A stretch of DNA of 64,000 nucleotides from Nemertoderma westbladi (lineage: Eukaryota; Animalia; Xenacoelomorpha): NCBI GenBank assembly GCA_032718475.1, contig JAUCBJ010002506.1, forward strand, positions 91,440-155,439, read 5' to 3'. Made by a program: the position numbers and the translations under genes. The notes under the pieces were generated by a model. The model ran no database searches. It was not told the DNA's origin and saw nothing but the letters and a program-made list of their open reading frames with translations. Positions 46,220-59,700 of this stretch are shown here, one piece after another; the first letter of the stretch is position 1; every line of letters starts with the position of its first letter.

Positions 46220-47767
46220 TAACATACCTCAGAATAACATGGCACTAACATACATCAGTAACATGGCACTAACATACCTCAGTAACATTATGGCACTAAC
46301 ACACCTCAGTAACATTATGGCACTAACATACCTCAGTAACATGGCACTAACACACCTTAGTAACATTATGGCACTAACATACCTCAGTAACATGGCACTA
46401 ACATACATCAGTAACATGGCACTAACATACATCAGTAACATGGCACTAACATACCTCAGTAACATTATGGCACTAACATACCTCAGTAACATTATGGCAC
46501 TAATATACCTCAGTAACATGGCACTAACATACATCAGTAACATGGCACTAACATACATCAGTAACATGGCACTAACATACATCAGTAACATGGCACTAAC
46601 ATACATCAGTAACATGGCACTAACATACCTCAGTAACATTATGGCACTAACATACCTCAGTAACATGGCACTAACACACCTCAGTAACATTATGGCACTA
46701 ACATACCTCAGTAACATTATGGCACTAATATACCTCAGTAACATGGCACTAACATACATCAGTAACATGGCACTAACATACATCAGTAACATGGCACTAA
46801 CACACCTCAGTAACATTATGGCACTAACATACCTCAGTAACATTATGGCACTAATATACCTCAGTAACATGGCACTAACATACATCAGTAACATGGCACT
46901 AACACACGTCAGTAACATTATGACACTAACATACCTCAGTAACATTATGGCACTAACATACCTCAGTAACATTATGGCACTAACATACCTCAGTAACATG
47001 GCACTAACATACATCAGTAACATGGCACTAACATACGTCAGTAACATTATGGCACTAACATACCTCAGTAACATTATGGCACTAACATACCTCAGTAACA
47101 TGGCACTAACATACATCAGTAACATGGCACTAACATACATCAGTAACATTATGACACTAACATACCTCAGTAACATGGCACTAACATACATCAGTAACAT
47201 GGCACTAACATACCTCAGTAACATTATGGCACTAACACACCTCAGTAACATTATGGCACTAACATACCTCAGTAACATGGCACTAACACACCTTAGTAAC
47301 ATTATGGCACTAACATACCTCAGTAACATGGCACTAACATACATCAGTAACATGGCACTAACATACATCAGTAACATGGCACTAACATACCTCAGTAACA
47401 TTATGGCACTAACATACCTCAGTAACATGGCACTAACACACCTCAGTAACATTATGGCACTAATATACCTCAGTAACATGGCACTAACATACATCAGTAA
47501 CATGGCACTAACATACATCAGTAACATGGCACTAACACACCTCAGTAACATTATGGCACTAACATACCTCAGTAACATTATGGCACTAATATACCTCAGT
47601 AACATGGCACTAACATACATCAGTAACATGGCACTAACATACATCAGTAACACGGCACTAACATACATCAGTAACATGGCACTAACATGCCTCAGTAACA
47701 TTATGGCACTAACATACCTCAGTAACATGGCACTTACATACTTCAGTAACATTATGGCACTAACATA
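46220..47767 (+). repeat. Mixed 24/27-bp satellite ATGGCACTAACATACMTCAGTAAC(ATT)
   Basis: About 60 units; the variant CCTTAG at 46355 and 47291 marks a 936-bp higher-order duplication. Confidence 0.97.
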
Positions 47768-48629
47768 CACCATGTCCTGGAATATAGTGTCGTTATTCAG
47801 GTACCTGCCCCCCCCCCCCCCCAAATTTTTCTACAAATCTTAATGAGATTGCATGAAATATGAAACAGATAATTTCACCTCCCTCCTCCTTGCTGGGTGA
47901 GCCAGAATTTTTATTTTCGCTTTCATTCTTTAGCTACAAGCGTTTGAAAAAAGGTGTCTCCGATGAAATTGCACAAGTCACACCACAGTTATTATTCAAA
48001 GGTTTAGTGATTTGTTGGTACTAGTGGAAATCTGACCGCGCAAGGATTCAAAATATGTGAATTTGGTTGGGAAATAGCTGAGATATGGGCATTCGAATTT
48101 TGCATGTATTTGCTTGCGCTGCAGGCCATTTATTCTATTAAATAAATACACAATGTTCGAGAACATTTTGATTATGTATGAATATCCATACATAGTATAC
48201 GTAATGTATGTGTAATGTAATGTATACTAGTATTATCATGTAGGCATTGCATTGTTGCCAAGCTACTTAATGAGATAAACAAAATGTTCTAGAACATTAT
48301 ATTAAATAGAATAAATTGCCTGCAGCGGAAGCAAATTCATGCAAAATTGGAATGCCCATAGTTATATCCCAACCAAATTCAAATAATTTCACATATTTGG
48401 AATCCTTGCACGGCCAGCTTTCCACTAGTAGCAACAAATCACTAAAACGTTAAATGTAACTGGTGCAATATCGACGGAGGCACTTTTTTCAAACGCTTGA
48501 AGCTAAAGAATAAAGCGAAAATAAAAATTCAGGCTCACCCAGCAAGGAGGAGGGAGGTGAAACTATCTGTTTCAAATTTCATGCAATCTCATGTCACTGA
48601 ATAACGACACAATATCCCGGGACATGATG
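47768..48629. mobile_element. TA-target palindromic MITE inserted into a satellite unit
   Basis: TIR CACCATGTCCTGGAATATAGTGTCGTTATTCAG / CTGAATAACGACACAATATCCCGGGACATGATG; TA on both sides; satellite-like sequence resumes at 48630. Confidence 0.85.
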
Positions 48630-48826
48630 TACCTCTGCAACATGTCATTAACATACCTCAGTTACAATTACTTCAATTATGTAGTTAAATTTAGTCATAA
48701 CATATCACTTTATTTTGGTTATTTATAATATAAATAAGTCAGTCACGGCACATCACGGCACATGTATATATTTCAATCTGCATAATATAATAAATAACTC
48801 TTATATAACATAAATATCAGTTGACA

Positions 48827-49679
48827 ATATATGTGGCTGGCCACGAGAAAAGGGACCTTATGTCGCAAAACCTGATTCTGAGATAATCGCGTTTAAAGTT
48901 TCCCTCTATTTTTGAACAAATTTAATTGGATTATCAATTTAGAAATGTATAAAACGATGAGGGAAATTCAAATTGGTTCTGATATTCAATATACCTAGGA
49001 AATAACTAATTACAGGAAGCAATATATGATGTTGCAGTGTTGTATATAACACTGTCTTAGGGTTTTCATGTCTTAATTTAGGACTGTAATAAATTGTACT
49101 GTAATTGTACTACTGTATTATGTAGGTACTGTAGGCCTACAGTTATTTTTTAAATGCAATATGGCTGTCATTTTCTTAATTAATCTTCGTTAGTTCTTAA
49201 ATTTTGTAATCCCAATAAAGAATTCAAAATACAAATAATTTTAAATTTTGTTAAAAAAATTTATCTTTTTGAAAAAATTTTAAATTAAAAAAAAAATTTT
49301 TTGGTTTCATGTTTTTTTGAAAATTTTGCAAAATTTTTGTTAAAATAGTTCATGAACAATATTAGTTTCAAATTGTTAAAAGTTGTATAAAAAGCCGAAT
49401 AACATTGAGCTGCCTAACTATATAGTAAGAATTGCTATGATATTATTAATATTTTCCATTTTTTTAAATAATCGCTTATTATAACCGCTATTAATAAAAT
49501 TTTTTTTGCTACCCGATTCACCTTGACATAAATCGCTATAACTTTTTTTTGGAAATAGATATTGAGACACTGTTTTTTTTGTTAAAATCTCTGGAAAATT
49601 CTGCATCTCATAGGCCTAATAACTCAAAATCGACCTCCGGTGACATAAGGTCCCTTTTCTCGTGGCCAGCCACATATAT
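48827..49679. mobile_element. MITE, superfamily unassigned
   Basis: Perfect TIR ATATATGTGGCTGGCCACGAGAAAAGGGACCTTATGTC and its inverse. Confidence 0.85.
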
Positions 49680-51214
49680 ACTTTATATATCAACTAATTA
49701 TATTACATATAACTAACTATACTTTAGAGGATTATCGTTATATATATAGTCAGTTACTAACTACAAATCTTGTTTTGTTTCGGTACTTAATTTCGCATTC
49801 GTGTGCATTTTAATTATAATTAAGATAATTAAGGCGATCAAATCATGTTTTCTATCCAAGACGGGACAATAATACAATACTCAGTTACAGTCAAACGGGG
49901 AGTTAAATATAACTATATATTTAATTAACTATTAACAATGAATGCCTGGTGTTTGTCTAAGAAACTGCGGCAGTGACAGAACTTTCCTAAGATACGTTTA
50001 TTGTTTTGGTTCCTCATGCCTTGCCCAGTTTTAGTTAATCTCACCGCCCACAATTCGCCCACATTTGAAGAGCCTCTCCAATAAATATCGACATTTATTA
50101 CTTGTGTACTTTAATCAGTCTTTTCCACACTTTTCCATGTAAACAAACATGGGAGTTTATCGTTTATGTTACAACAGTTTACCGGTAAGATTGTGGTATA
50201 TTGCTTTGTCATCTTTAAAGCAGTTCATCAGTCAGAGAAGTCAGCAGGCGGCAGATCAATACGAAAAATACAAGTAGCGCATATTTGATAATCATAAATC
50301 ATTACCAAATCAACCTGATTTTATGGTCTTGTGTTTTCTGTGTAGCTGAATTCGTATATGACACTCAAAAATTGCGTTTCTGAACGATTACGGTATTTTT
50401 AATGATGTCCCATAGTGGCACGAAAAATAAAGTAGCACAAATTAACAATAAATTTGATGGCTACACTTCGGAATTATCCAACCGAATTAAATTTTTGGCA
50501 GTTTGAAATTGTACTTGTACTATTCGTCCTGGAGCACTAAAATGACACCAAAAATGTTGGTTGAAAAAATACATCCTGATCAGCGACTTTCAATGTTTGA
50601 TTTTTCAACCAAGATCTAAAAAATTTCTAAAATGACCCCCCCCCCCCCCCCCCCAGCCAATTACGCAGTAGAAACAGCCCGGGACAGATTTGGTTAAACT
50701 TAATTGTATTAACTGATTGTAAATCAAAATGTACAGTCCTAACATCCAGTATAGATATACGGTTTTGTTAAAATATAATAAAATATACCAGAAAGCAGAG
50801 GGGTTGTTTTTGGAAAATAAAAAAAAGAATTAGCTGTTTTAGATGCAAAAAATATACAAATTTTGGGCCCAGATGTATTGACCAATTACCTACTATGTGT
50901 ACTGCTACTACTGTATCAGTACACTGACCAATTACCTGCTATGTCTACTGTTGGACGTTGATGTACTATTACGTAACATACTTCTCTTTATTTTCACATT
51001 TTATTGCCACATAGGATTCTGCACATTCGTTTATCCTATATTAAATATTAATATGGACACTTCCCGAATTAATCCCGTAAATATTTTAAAATTAATAACC
51101 TGAAAAAACCAGAATGGTTTTTTGGCCATTTATTCAAAATGAAAAACATAGAGAAACACGGTTTTGGAATATAAGTGCCGCACTGTGCTAAACCCTGAAT
51201 GACTTAAGACTTCC

Positions 51215-52672
51215 TACCTGGAGGTCACCAGTTCGATCTCACTAGAAGAACTGCTGTGGCTGCAAGTGAAGGCTGCTGCAAAGAGCATTAAGACCAATCG
51301 TGCCAGTGGAGTAGATGGTGTTCCCCCTGAGGTCTTTAAAATACCTGCGTGTTTAAAGCTCATCTATCCCATCATAGTAGACATGTACAGAACAACAAGA
51401 GTCCCACAATAAATGAAAACAAATAAGTTGGTGCCAGTTCCCAAGAAGGGCAACCTAACACTAACACTATGGATATTTTCGGGGAATCTCATTGATCTCG
51501 ATTGCTGCAAAGCTTTACAATAAAATTCTATTAAATCGCATCAGGGATCCCATTGAGAGACTGCTCCGTGGAAATCAGAATGGGTTCCGTAAAGGTCGTG
51601 GGACCATGGAGCCCATTTTGGCACTTAGAAGGATAATTTAAGAGTTATCAAAAAAGAAAGACAGGCATCTGGCTGTTATCTTTGTTGACTTCTTCAAGGC
51701 CTTTGATTCAGTCTCTCGCTCATGTTCAGCATACTTTCATTGTATGGGATTCCTGATGAAATTATTGCAGCAATCAGATCAGTATACGATGGTTCGACAA
51801 CATTTGTGTCTACTGTTGATAGTGACACATAACCATTTGAAGTGTTATGGGGCGTCCTCCACGGAGACACACTTGCACCATTCTTGTTCATAATTGTGGT
51901 TGACTATGTTCTACGTATGTCCTTAGATCATCACAATGATGATGGAGTGATGGTAACTCCACTACTGACTACTCTCAGAATCACTAGAGGGAGCCCAACG
52001 GCTCCTCAGCTCATTAGAACAGGCTACTTCTAGTGTTGGTCTTTTTATTAACTCCAAAAAGACCATAATTTTGACAGTTAACTTTGAAAGTTCTCAGCAA
52101 GTCTCTGACCGGATGAACATAAGCTCAAAGGATGGTATGCTTGAGCATGTGGACGACTTCTGTTACCTGGGATCATGGATCCGGAAGTCAGGTGAGGACC
52201 TTCGAATACGTAAGGGAAAGGTATGGGCAGCCTTGAATAGGCTTTCCAGGATTTGGAAGTCACCGAGAATTAATCGGAAACTTAAGGTCCGATTATTTAG
52301 AGCAGCAGCAGTAGTTCCAGTACTCCTCTATGGGAGTCCATGCTGGGCTCTAACTGCTGAGGACACCAAATCTCTGGATGGCACATTCACAAGAATGCTA
52401 CGCCAGGTTCATTGTGTCAAGTACAATGCACACATCTGCAACCAGACTCTATCTAACATTGGAGGTGTCTCATTGGTTCCCCCAAGCTTGACACTAGAAC
52501 AAAGCCGCCTCCGCTTTGTAGGACATTGCTTTCGCCGTGAGGACCAGCCAGTGCTTGGCAGCCTCATGGAGTGAATAAGCATGGTGGATAGCCCATGACA
52601 TTCTTGAGACGCATCTTAAAGGACACTGGCCTTGAAGATGCGGATGATCTAGCAAATGTCATGGGTGATAGG
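51215..52672 (+). pseudogene. Decayed, 5'-truncated RTE-like LINE reverse transcriptase; its 3' end resumes at ~56119-56170
   Basis: RASGVDGVPPE, LVPVPKKG, GISLISIAAKLYNKILLNRI, QNGFRKGR, IFVDF.KAFDS, GVLHGDTLAPFLF, FCYLGS, LLYG, RLRFVGHCFR, with stops and frameshifts. Confidence 0.9.
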
Positions 52673-52959
52673 TAGGGATGGTACCGGAACCGGGATTTTG
52701 GTTCAAGCCGGAACCGAAATTGTAAATGTCGGAATATTCCGGCCGGAACCGGAATTTCCATAAGATAAAGCCTGGGTCCCAAAGGATCCAGGTAATAGGT
52801 AGGAGGTGGGGGGGGTCTTACATTTTATTGCTTCAATAATTATTTGCAAAATACAGTCATTGTATGAAAAGTAACTAAGTCTCCAGCTACATGAGTCGAG
52901 TGTTTATGTACAGAATGAGAAAAGCGATTTAAATATTCTCACTACCTTAACAAAAGCTA

Positions 52960-53171
52960 GTAAACATTCAGCCGAAGCCGGAGGCGACCCAAAGGCTCCT
53001 CTTTCGATAGCTGCAACCCGAAGGAAGGGGTGGAAGCTATATTATACAAGTTGTTCAGCCAGTGCTTATTTTATCGACCGCAGGGGATGAAAGACTGAAT
53101 GGAGCCAGGCTGGGCTCGAACCTTTAACCAATAGATTGTCTAAACCTGGTGCTCAACCAACTTAGCTAACC
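52960..53171 (-). mobile_element. tRNA-derived SINE with Nin/Deu-like domain
   Basis: Minus strand: TAGCTAAGTTGG (A box), GGTTCGAGCCC (B box), TCAGTCTTTCATCCCCTGCGGTCGATAAAATAAGCAC core. Confidence 0.8.
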
Positions 53172-54802
53172 TTGTAAAGTTTACTAAAGCAATAAAAGTT
53201 TATAGGTATTTTAAATTAGACTTTTTTCACTTTTCGACATACAATGAGTGACACGTTCGTGGGGCCTTCGCGCAGCACGATAGCCTATATTAGAAAGTGC
53301 CGTACTGTAAACTAAACTCTATTAGATATACGAAAACCGTCTTTCTCAAAATATATATATAAGTGATTGCGATGCTATCAAGATCATCCGAAAAAAACAA
53401 GTTTGATACCCCTGGTGCACCGCGTATATATTCCATCGAAACCAGAACACCAAAAAACGCTTATTGCGCAAAAAATAGGTTCAAACAATCAATTTACAAA
53501 ATTTACATATTTCAAAATTTGGTGCTGGCACAAAAATTTGGCGCCCGCCGAAAAAAACAAGTTTGAAATTTCTAAATTAATTTATATGAATTCCATCTAA
53601 TTGCAAACACAAAAAAACCGGTGTAAATCAAAAACAAAGATGTTACAAATCATATTTCATGCAATGTAATTTTCAAAAAACGCCTCAAAAAAAGTGCCAA
53701 AAGTAGGGTTAAAAAATGGTGCTATATCTCGAAAACTTCCCAATAATTTTGAAAACCGTTTTCACTATTAGGAAGACAATAGATTTTTGGAAAAGTCATG
53801 AAATTTCCGATTTCCAACTGCGTTTGTTTCAGAGTTATAACAAATAGGTTTAATAGTGTTAAACAATACTTTTGTAAAATGCACCACTTTTTAGAGTTCT
53901 GAACCGAGTGGGTTTATTAAACGGTCCTCAGCGACTGTTATAAGAAAACGAGAATCTTAACGCTAAAAAGTAAAATTTTCGCAAAAGTATCTTATATGTA
54001 ATTTTTTCTACTTCTATCAACTTTTGCAGTTCTAGTAAGCTATCTTTCCAATAACAATGAGGGGGATATTATGTCCATCAACGCGGGATGTATTGTAATT
54101 CATTTAACTACAGTTGGTACCCTTAACGTTTAGTTTTTGACTTATTATAATTAGTTATGTGTATGTTGGGCGGGCATAGATAGTGGTCACGGTCTGTATT
54201 TACTTTTCCAATTCTTTCAGAATGGAGAAAAGTATTGTAAATAATAGTTTTCACGTGATGATTCTGTATTTTAGTGCAACAAAAAATGCGAGTATGATTT
54301 TTTTGTATATATGTATCCTTGGCTTGATTGTTTTGTACGGATAAATTTAAGTATTTCGTAAACGCTTCACCTATCACTATTTCACCGCCAGTTGTTGTAC
54401 ATTGTACATCATTATCCATATTTTAGTTGGTATAACTGAGATATTGTGGTTGATATATATAGCTATACTAGGTTCTAGAACCAAATAGCTTTTCCTCGCC
54501 AGAGTTGCAAAAAGATTGAATTTTATGAACCAATAACAATTTTTCTCGAACTGAATAAACTGTGCTCCGAGTAAAATACTTTAATAATTAATAATAAATT
54601 ATGTCAATTTGTTTTAGTAAACTTTTCAATTGGACGTTAAAACTCTGTAACCTTTTATTCGAATCGATCGTTTTCAAAAACATTCTATCATTCTATGCGT
54701 CTTGCTCTTTACTGAAAGTGGCTTTTCTTGGTATATGTTATTGTTGTTATTCATTACTTAAAAGTTTAAATATAAAGTTTTAATCCAAAAATAATACTAA
54801 TA

Positions 54803-55689
54803 CACCATAACCCTTAATACAACAACCATTTTTAGGGGGTCGGAGCCCCCCCCCCCCCCTAATTTTTTTCAAATTTCAATAAGATACTACGAAATTTGGT
54901 ATGATGAAAGATCGACACATTTTCTTACTGCTGGCCTGGCCGGATTTTTCAATTTCTCAGTTATTTTCATACAACAATCCCTTAAAAAATGTCTATTTAG
55001 CAATGTTTAACCACCTCCGTAGACTTTATTTTACGTCTTTGAAATGTAATCTAGATATTGATCTAGGTACCGCCTTCGCCTGTTGATTCCGAATCTGAAA
55101 ACCGTTTTAAATTTAACCAAAAATTGGTAAAAATATTATCAAAATACTAATATGTAAATTCAGAGACTTAAATCGCTATAATTCTGATGTTTTGTTGTCT
55201 TTATTCTAGAATATTAATTATTATTTAGCTGAGCGTTTAAAACTTTCCATCTTGTTTTTTCATTACCCATAATTAATATTCTAGAATTGAGTAAATAAAA
55301 CATTAGAATTATAGCGAATTACGTCACAAAATTTACACCTTAGTATTTTGATAATATCTCCGGAAGTTATTGATGAAATTTACCACGGGTTTCAGATTCG
55401 GAATCTGCAGATGAAGGCGGTTGTAATGATATCTAGATCTCATTCCAAAGACGAAAAATAAATCCGACGGAGATGGCTAACTATTGCGAAATAGACGATT
55501 TTTAAAGGCTTGTTGTATCGAAATAGCTCATAAATTAAAAAATCCGGCCAGGCCACCAGTAAGAAAAGGTGTCGATCTATCATCATACCAAATTTCGCAG
55601 CATTTTATTGAAATTTGAAAAAAATAGGGGGGGGGGGGGGGAGGGGCTCCGACCCCCTAAAAATGGTTGTTGTATTAAGGGTTATGGTG
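54803..55689. mobile_element. Palindromic TA-target MITE, complete copy
   Basis: TA|CACCATAACCCTTAATACAACAACC ... GGTTGTTGTATTAAGGGTTATGGTG|TA; highly similar to 42808-43680. Confidence 0.92.
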
Positions 55690-55843
55690 TACTATCAAAA
55701 GGATGTTTTATAGAACGTAATAAAGGAATACTTTAATCACAAAACAACCGAAAATTCCGGCGTTCCGGTACCGGAATCGGTGATTCCGGCCGGAACTGGA
55801 ATCGGTCCAAAACGGCCGGAATTTCGGTACATCCTTAGTGATA

Positions 55844-56102
55844 CTACTACTAGGATCGGCATGCTGCATTGCAGCTGCATTTTTAAGAATGCTATGCCGG
55901 CTTATCGACAAAATTGCACCGCCACAACTCCCTATCACCCATGACATTTGCTAGATCATCCACATCTTCAAGGCCAGTGTCCTTTAAGATGCGTCTCAAG
56001 AAAGTCATGGGCTGTCCACCATGTTTATTCACTCCATGAGGCTGCCAAAGTACAAGATTATGCACTGGCTGGTCCTCACGGCGAAAGCAATGGCCTGCAA
56101 AG
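55844..56102 (-). mobile_element. Short 5'-truncated copy of the same RTE-like LINE, antisense, with (TAG)n tail
   Basis: Reverse complement of ~52513-52672 plus the 3' end; 14-bp TSD CATCCTTAGTGATA at 55830-55843 and 56103-56116. Confidence 0.88.
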
Positions 56103-56452
56103 CATCCTTAGTGATAGGTTGTGGTGGCGCAATTTTGTCGACAAGCCGGCACAGCATTCTTACAATGTAAAAACACTATATACCGAAATTTCAGTCTGGT
56201 ATTCTTCACATGGGCCCGAAATTCTCTATCGGTCCATCCAAAATAGAATATGTTAAAAATATATCGGTATATTTTATCAGTGACAACCTAAAATGGAACG
56301 AAACACATCGATTATTCGAATTAAAATTGTAAAAAATATTGGAATTATAAACAAAGAACTTCTTGCCACTAAATATGTTCGGCTTCAATGTCTCCACGGC
56401 ACACATTCTGCTTTCAGATATGGGTCTATCAAAACTCACAACTCAACTAAAG

Positions 56453-56575
56453 AACACCCTCCCATTTGGCACCTAATAGCCTGTAGTTACTAAACACCTT
56501 CCAATTTGGCACCTAATAGCCTGTAGTTACTAAACACCTTCCCATTTGGCACCTAATAGCCTGTAGTTACTAAAC
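56453..56575 (+). repeat. Three copies of a ~41-bp tandem repeat
   Basis: ACACCTTCCCATTTGGCACCTAATAGCCTGTAGTTACTAA three times. Confidence 0.9.
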
Positions 56576-56749
56576 TACCGACGCCCATTTTACCGACCCA
56601 ATCCTTTATATCGTACTTGGGCGGCCCCTAAAAAATATAAAACATAAGTTCCCCAGAGACACTCAGTTTCTCATCTTTTCGTTATTTTAATTTAAAAACC
56701 ATAAAGGTTCTGGTTTAGGATCTTTAATTAGCGCAATAAATGTATAAAC

Positions 56750-59700
56750 CTTGAGGAATACTGTGCCCCCCCCCAACGGGTAACCCTATTAAACCGCCAA
56801 TAACTAGCCAATTATAAGAACTGTATTGGGAATGTCGAAGCTGTTGAGGGTTTTCTGCATATATGATATTTCTATCTGGAATATTTTATTTATGCAAAAA
56901 ATATATACAAGACGCACCTTGTGTGGTTGCTAGGGAACCTCCTGGCCTACAAGGTACAGGTCGGGACTTGTCATCGACACCAACAGAGTCATCCGCTGGA
57001 AAATAAACAATATCAAACTAAAGTAAACATGGCGACCCGATGTAATGGGGGCGAGCCATACTGCGTTGCTATAAAACTTAGTATGGAAATTAGTTTGTTT
57101 TGAAATTAATTTGATTGAGTTTACCCCCTTCGAAGAGGATTCGAAATATGTAACAATATCTAAATTTCGTTGAGAAATAGCCGTTCAAAGATTGCAAGAA
57201 TTATTGTTCGCTACAGGCCATTTATTATATTTAATAAATACACAAAATTCTAGAATGTGTTATTTATTTTATGAGTTGGTTGGCAACAGCGGTATTCCTA
57301 TCCAATATATCTACTGCGTAGCTAATCATACATAAACAAAATGTTCCAGAACATTGTGTATTTATTAAATAGAATAAATGGCCTTCAGCGAACGATAATT
57401 ATTGCAATCTTTGAACGCCTATATCTCAGTTGTTTCTCAACGACATTCAGATATTGTTACATATTTGGAATCCATCCTTGCAACGCAAACTTTCTAATGA
57501 TATGAATATTACGACTAATGTGAAGAATGGCCACGATACGGAGGGTGCGATTTCGCAAAATACATTTTTTTAAAACGCCTATAAAAATGATTTAAAGGCA
57601 AAATCGAAAATTCCGGCTTCATGGGGTCATCGACGGTGAGTGGAACTAGTGGTGTTTCAAATTTCAAGCAATATGATAAAGATTTGTAGAAAAATCTGGG
57701 GGGGGGGGGGGGGGGTCCGTGTCATCAGAAAATGACACTATATTACGGTATCATTAGAAAGCTTGCCTTGCAAGGAATCCAAATATGTAACAATGTTTGA
57801 ATTTCGTTGAGACACAGCTGAGATATTTATGTTCAAAGATTGCAAGAATTATCGTTCGCTGGAGGCTATTTATTATATTTAATAAATACACAAAATTCTA
57901 GAATGTGTTATTTATTTTAGTAGTTGTTGGGAAACAGCGGTATTCATATTCATTATCCAATATATCTAATGCATAGCTATTCATACTTAAACAAAATGTT
58001 CCAGAACATAAGTATTTTTTAAATCGAATAAATGGATAGTGTGATAATGGAGTGTCTTTGTAGACTTTGAAAAAGCATTTGACAAATTGAACCGTGTCAA
58101 GCTTATAATTAAACTTCACAAACTTGGTGTCAGCACTACGTTCCTGAAAGCTCTTTGGGCTATTATTTGTGTAAATTGTATCTTGGTTGTCATTGGTTCA
58201 CTTGTTACTTCTCCTATTACCCAGACAGACAATTGGTGTCCTTCAGGATGACAAAATGTCCCCTCATTTATTCGCACTTTTCGTCGCTGATCACCCCGCT
58301 GCGTTGATTTTTACGGGAGTGCTTAGTGCTCACGTATGCTGACGATCTAGTGATAGTGGCTGATACCATCGAGCAAACACAGGACGCACTTAATAGACTG
58401 TCATCTTACTGCAAAAATAACTCGCTGTCTGTCAACATTACAAAGACGGAGGCTGTGAAATTCCGCCGTGGTGGCCGATTGGCTGTTGCTGACAAGTTTA
58501 CATATAACAACAAGCAAATCAAATTTGTTTCCGGTTTCAACTACCTTGGTATTGTATAATAACTGCATTTAACTCGAATTCTGAACACCTAAAACATCGC
58601 TACAGTAAGGCTATTGCTGCCGCTGTCAGTCTATCCATCAAAGTAGACCGGCAAATAGTCTCACTGTCGTCAACGATGTGCCTCTACCAACATGTGATCA
58701 TTCCTTCTGCATTATACGGAGTGCCAGAGGTTTTAACCTAGATAGGGACAGCCGATCTGATTCAAGCTCACCTACGAAAGATCAAAGAGTTTTATTTCGA
58801 GTTGTGGGCAGGAGTTAGCAAGTTCTCGTCTTCCACTTCTGTTTTAAATGCTATAGAAGACACATCCTGTGACCCTCGGAAACTAACTCCTACCAGATTA
58901 TCTGGTTTTCGTCGACGCTTCGTGGCACAACATCTGAGCATCGGGCATCACTATCTGCTCTTTTTTGACTCGCGCTGTTGGAGACCAAAACTGACCTGTG
59001 TCTGTAAACTCTGCGGAGCGGCAGCAGGCTCACCAGACCATCTACTGTCCGATTGTTCCTGGGCTGAACCGGCGACAGGAGATTCCCTGCTTGCACGACT
59101 AAAAAAAGGTACATGAGGCAATAGCAACCCTGACAAACTGAGCAGAATCTGTCATTAGTATGCCTATAGTATATGAAATAGTACTCCCCTGTAATGTGCA
59201 TGTCAAATGTCTTGTCCTAAGCACATATTTATAATATATAGTAATAGAATAAATGGCCTTCAGCGATGGAAAGTTCTTGCAATCTTTGAACTAAATCTCC
59301 GCTGTTTCTCAACGAAATTCAGATATTATTACATATTTGGAATCCCTGCAACGCAAGCTTTCTAATGAGATAAAAGATTGTTCACTAATGTAAAGAATGG
59401 TGACGATAGGAGATGTGCAATTTCGCAAAAGACCCCCCATTTATTATATTTAATAAATACACAATATTCTAGAACGTGTTATTTATTTTAAGAGTTGGTA
59501 GGCAACAGCAGAATGCCTATCCAATAGATCTATTGCCTAGCTATTCATACTTAAACAAAATGTTCCAAAACAACGTGTATTTATTAAATAGAATAAATGG
59601 CCTTCAGCGAAGGATAATTCTTTCAATCTTTAAACCCCTATATCTCAGCTGTTTCTAAACGAAACTCAGATTTGGAATCTTTGCAACGCAAGCTTTCCAA

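Larger units (their letters stand above)
52673..55837. mobile_element. hAT-type non-autonomous element enlarged by nested insertions
   Basis: Ends TAGGGATG(G)TACCG / CGGTACATCCTTA; subterminal CCGGAA repeats; 8-bp TSD GTGATAGG at 52665-52672 and 56111-56118 (displaced by a later LINE insertion). Confidence 0.8.

Noticed and set aside
46179-47843. 554-aa and 531-aa ORFs as genes
   Set aside because: Explained by a triplet-length satellite lacking stops in one frame per strand; no unique domain or signal.
56588-56628. Terminal exon giving an amidated-peptide-like end (YKGLGR*)
   Set aside because: Depends on an unverified splice choice, and the candidate protein lacks a signal peptide.
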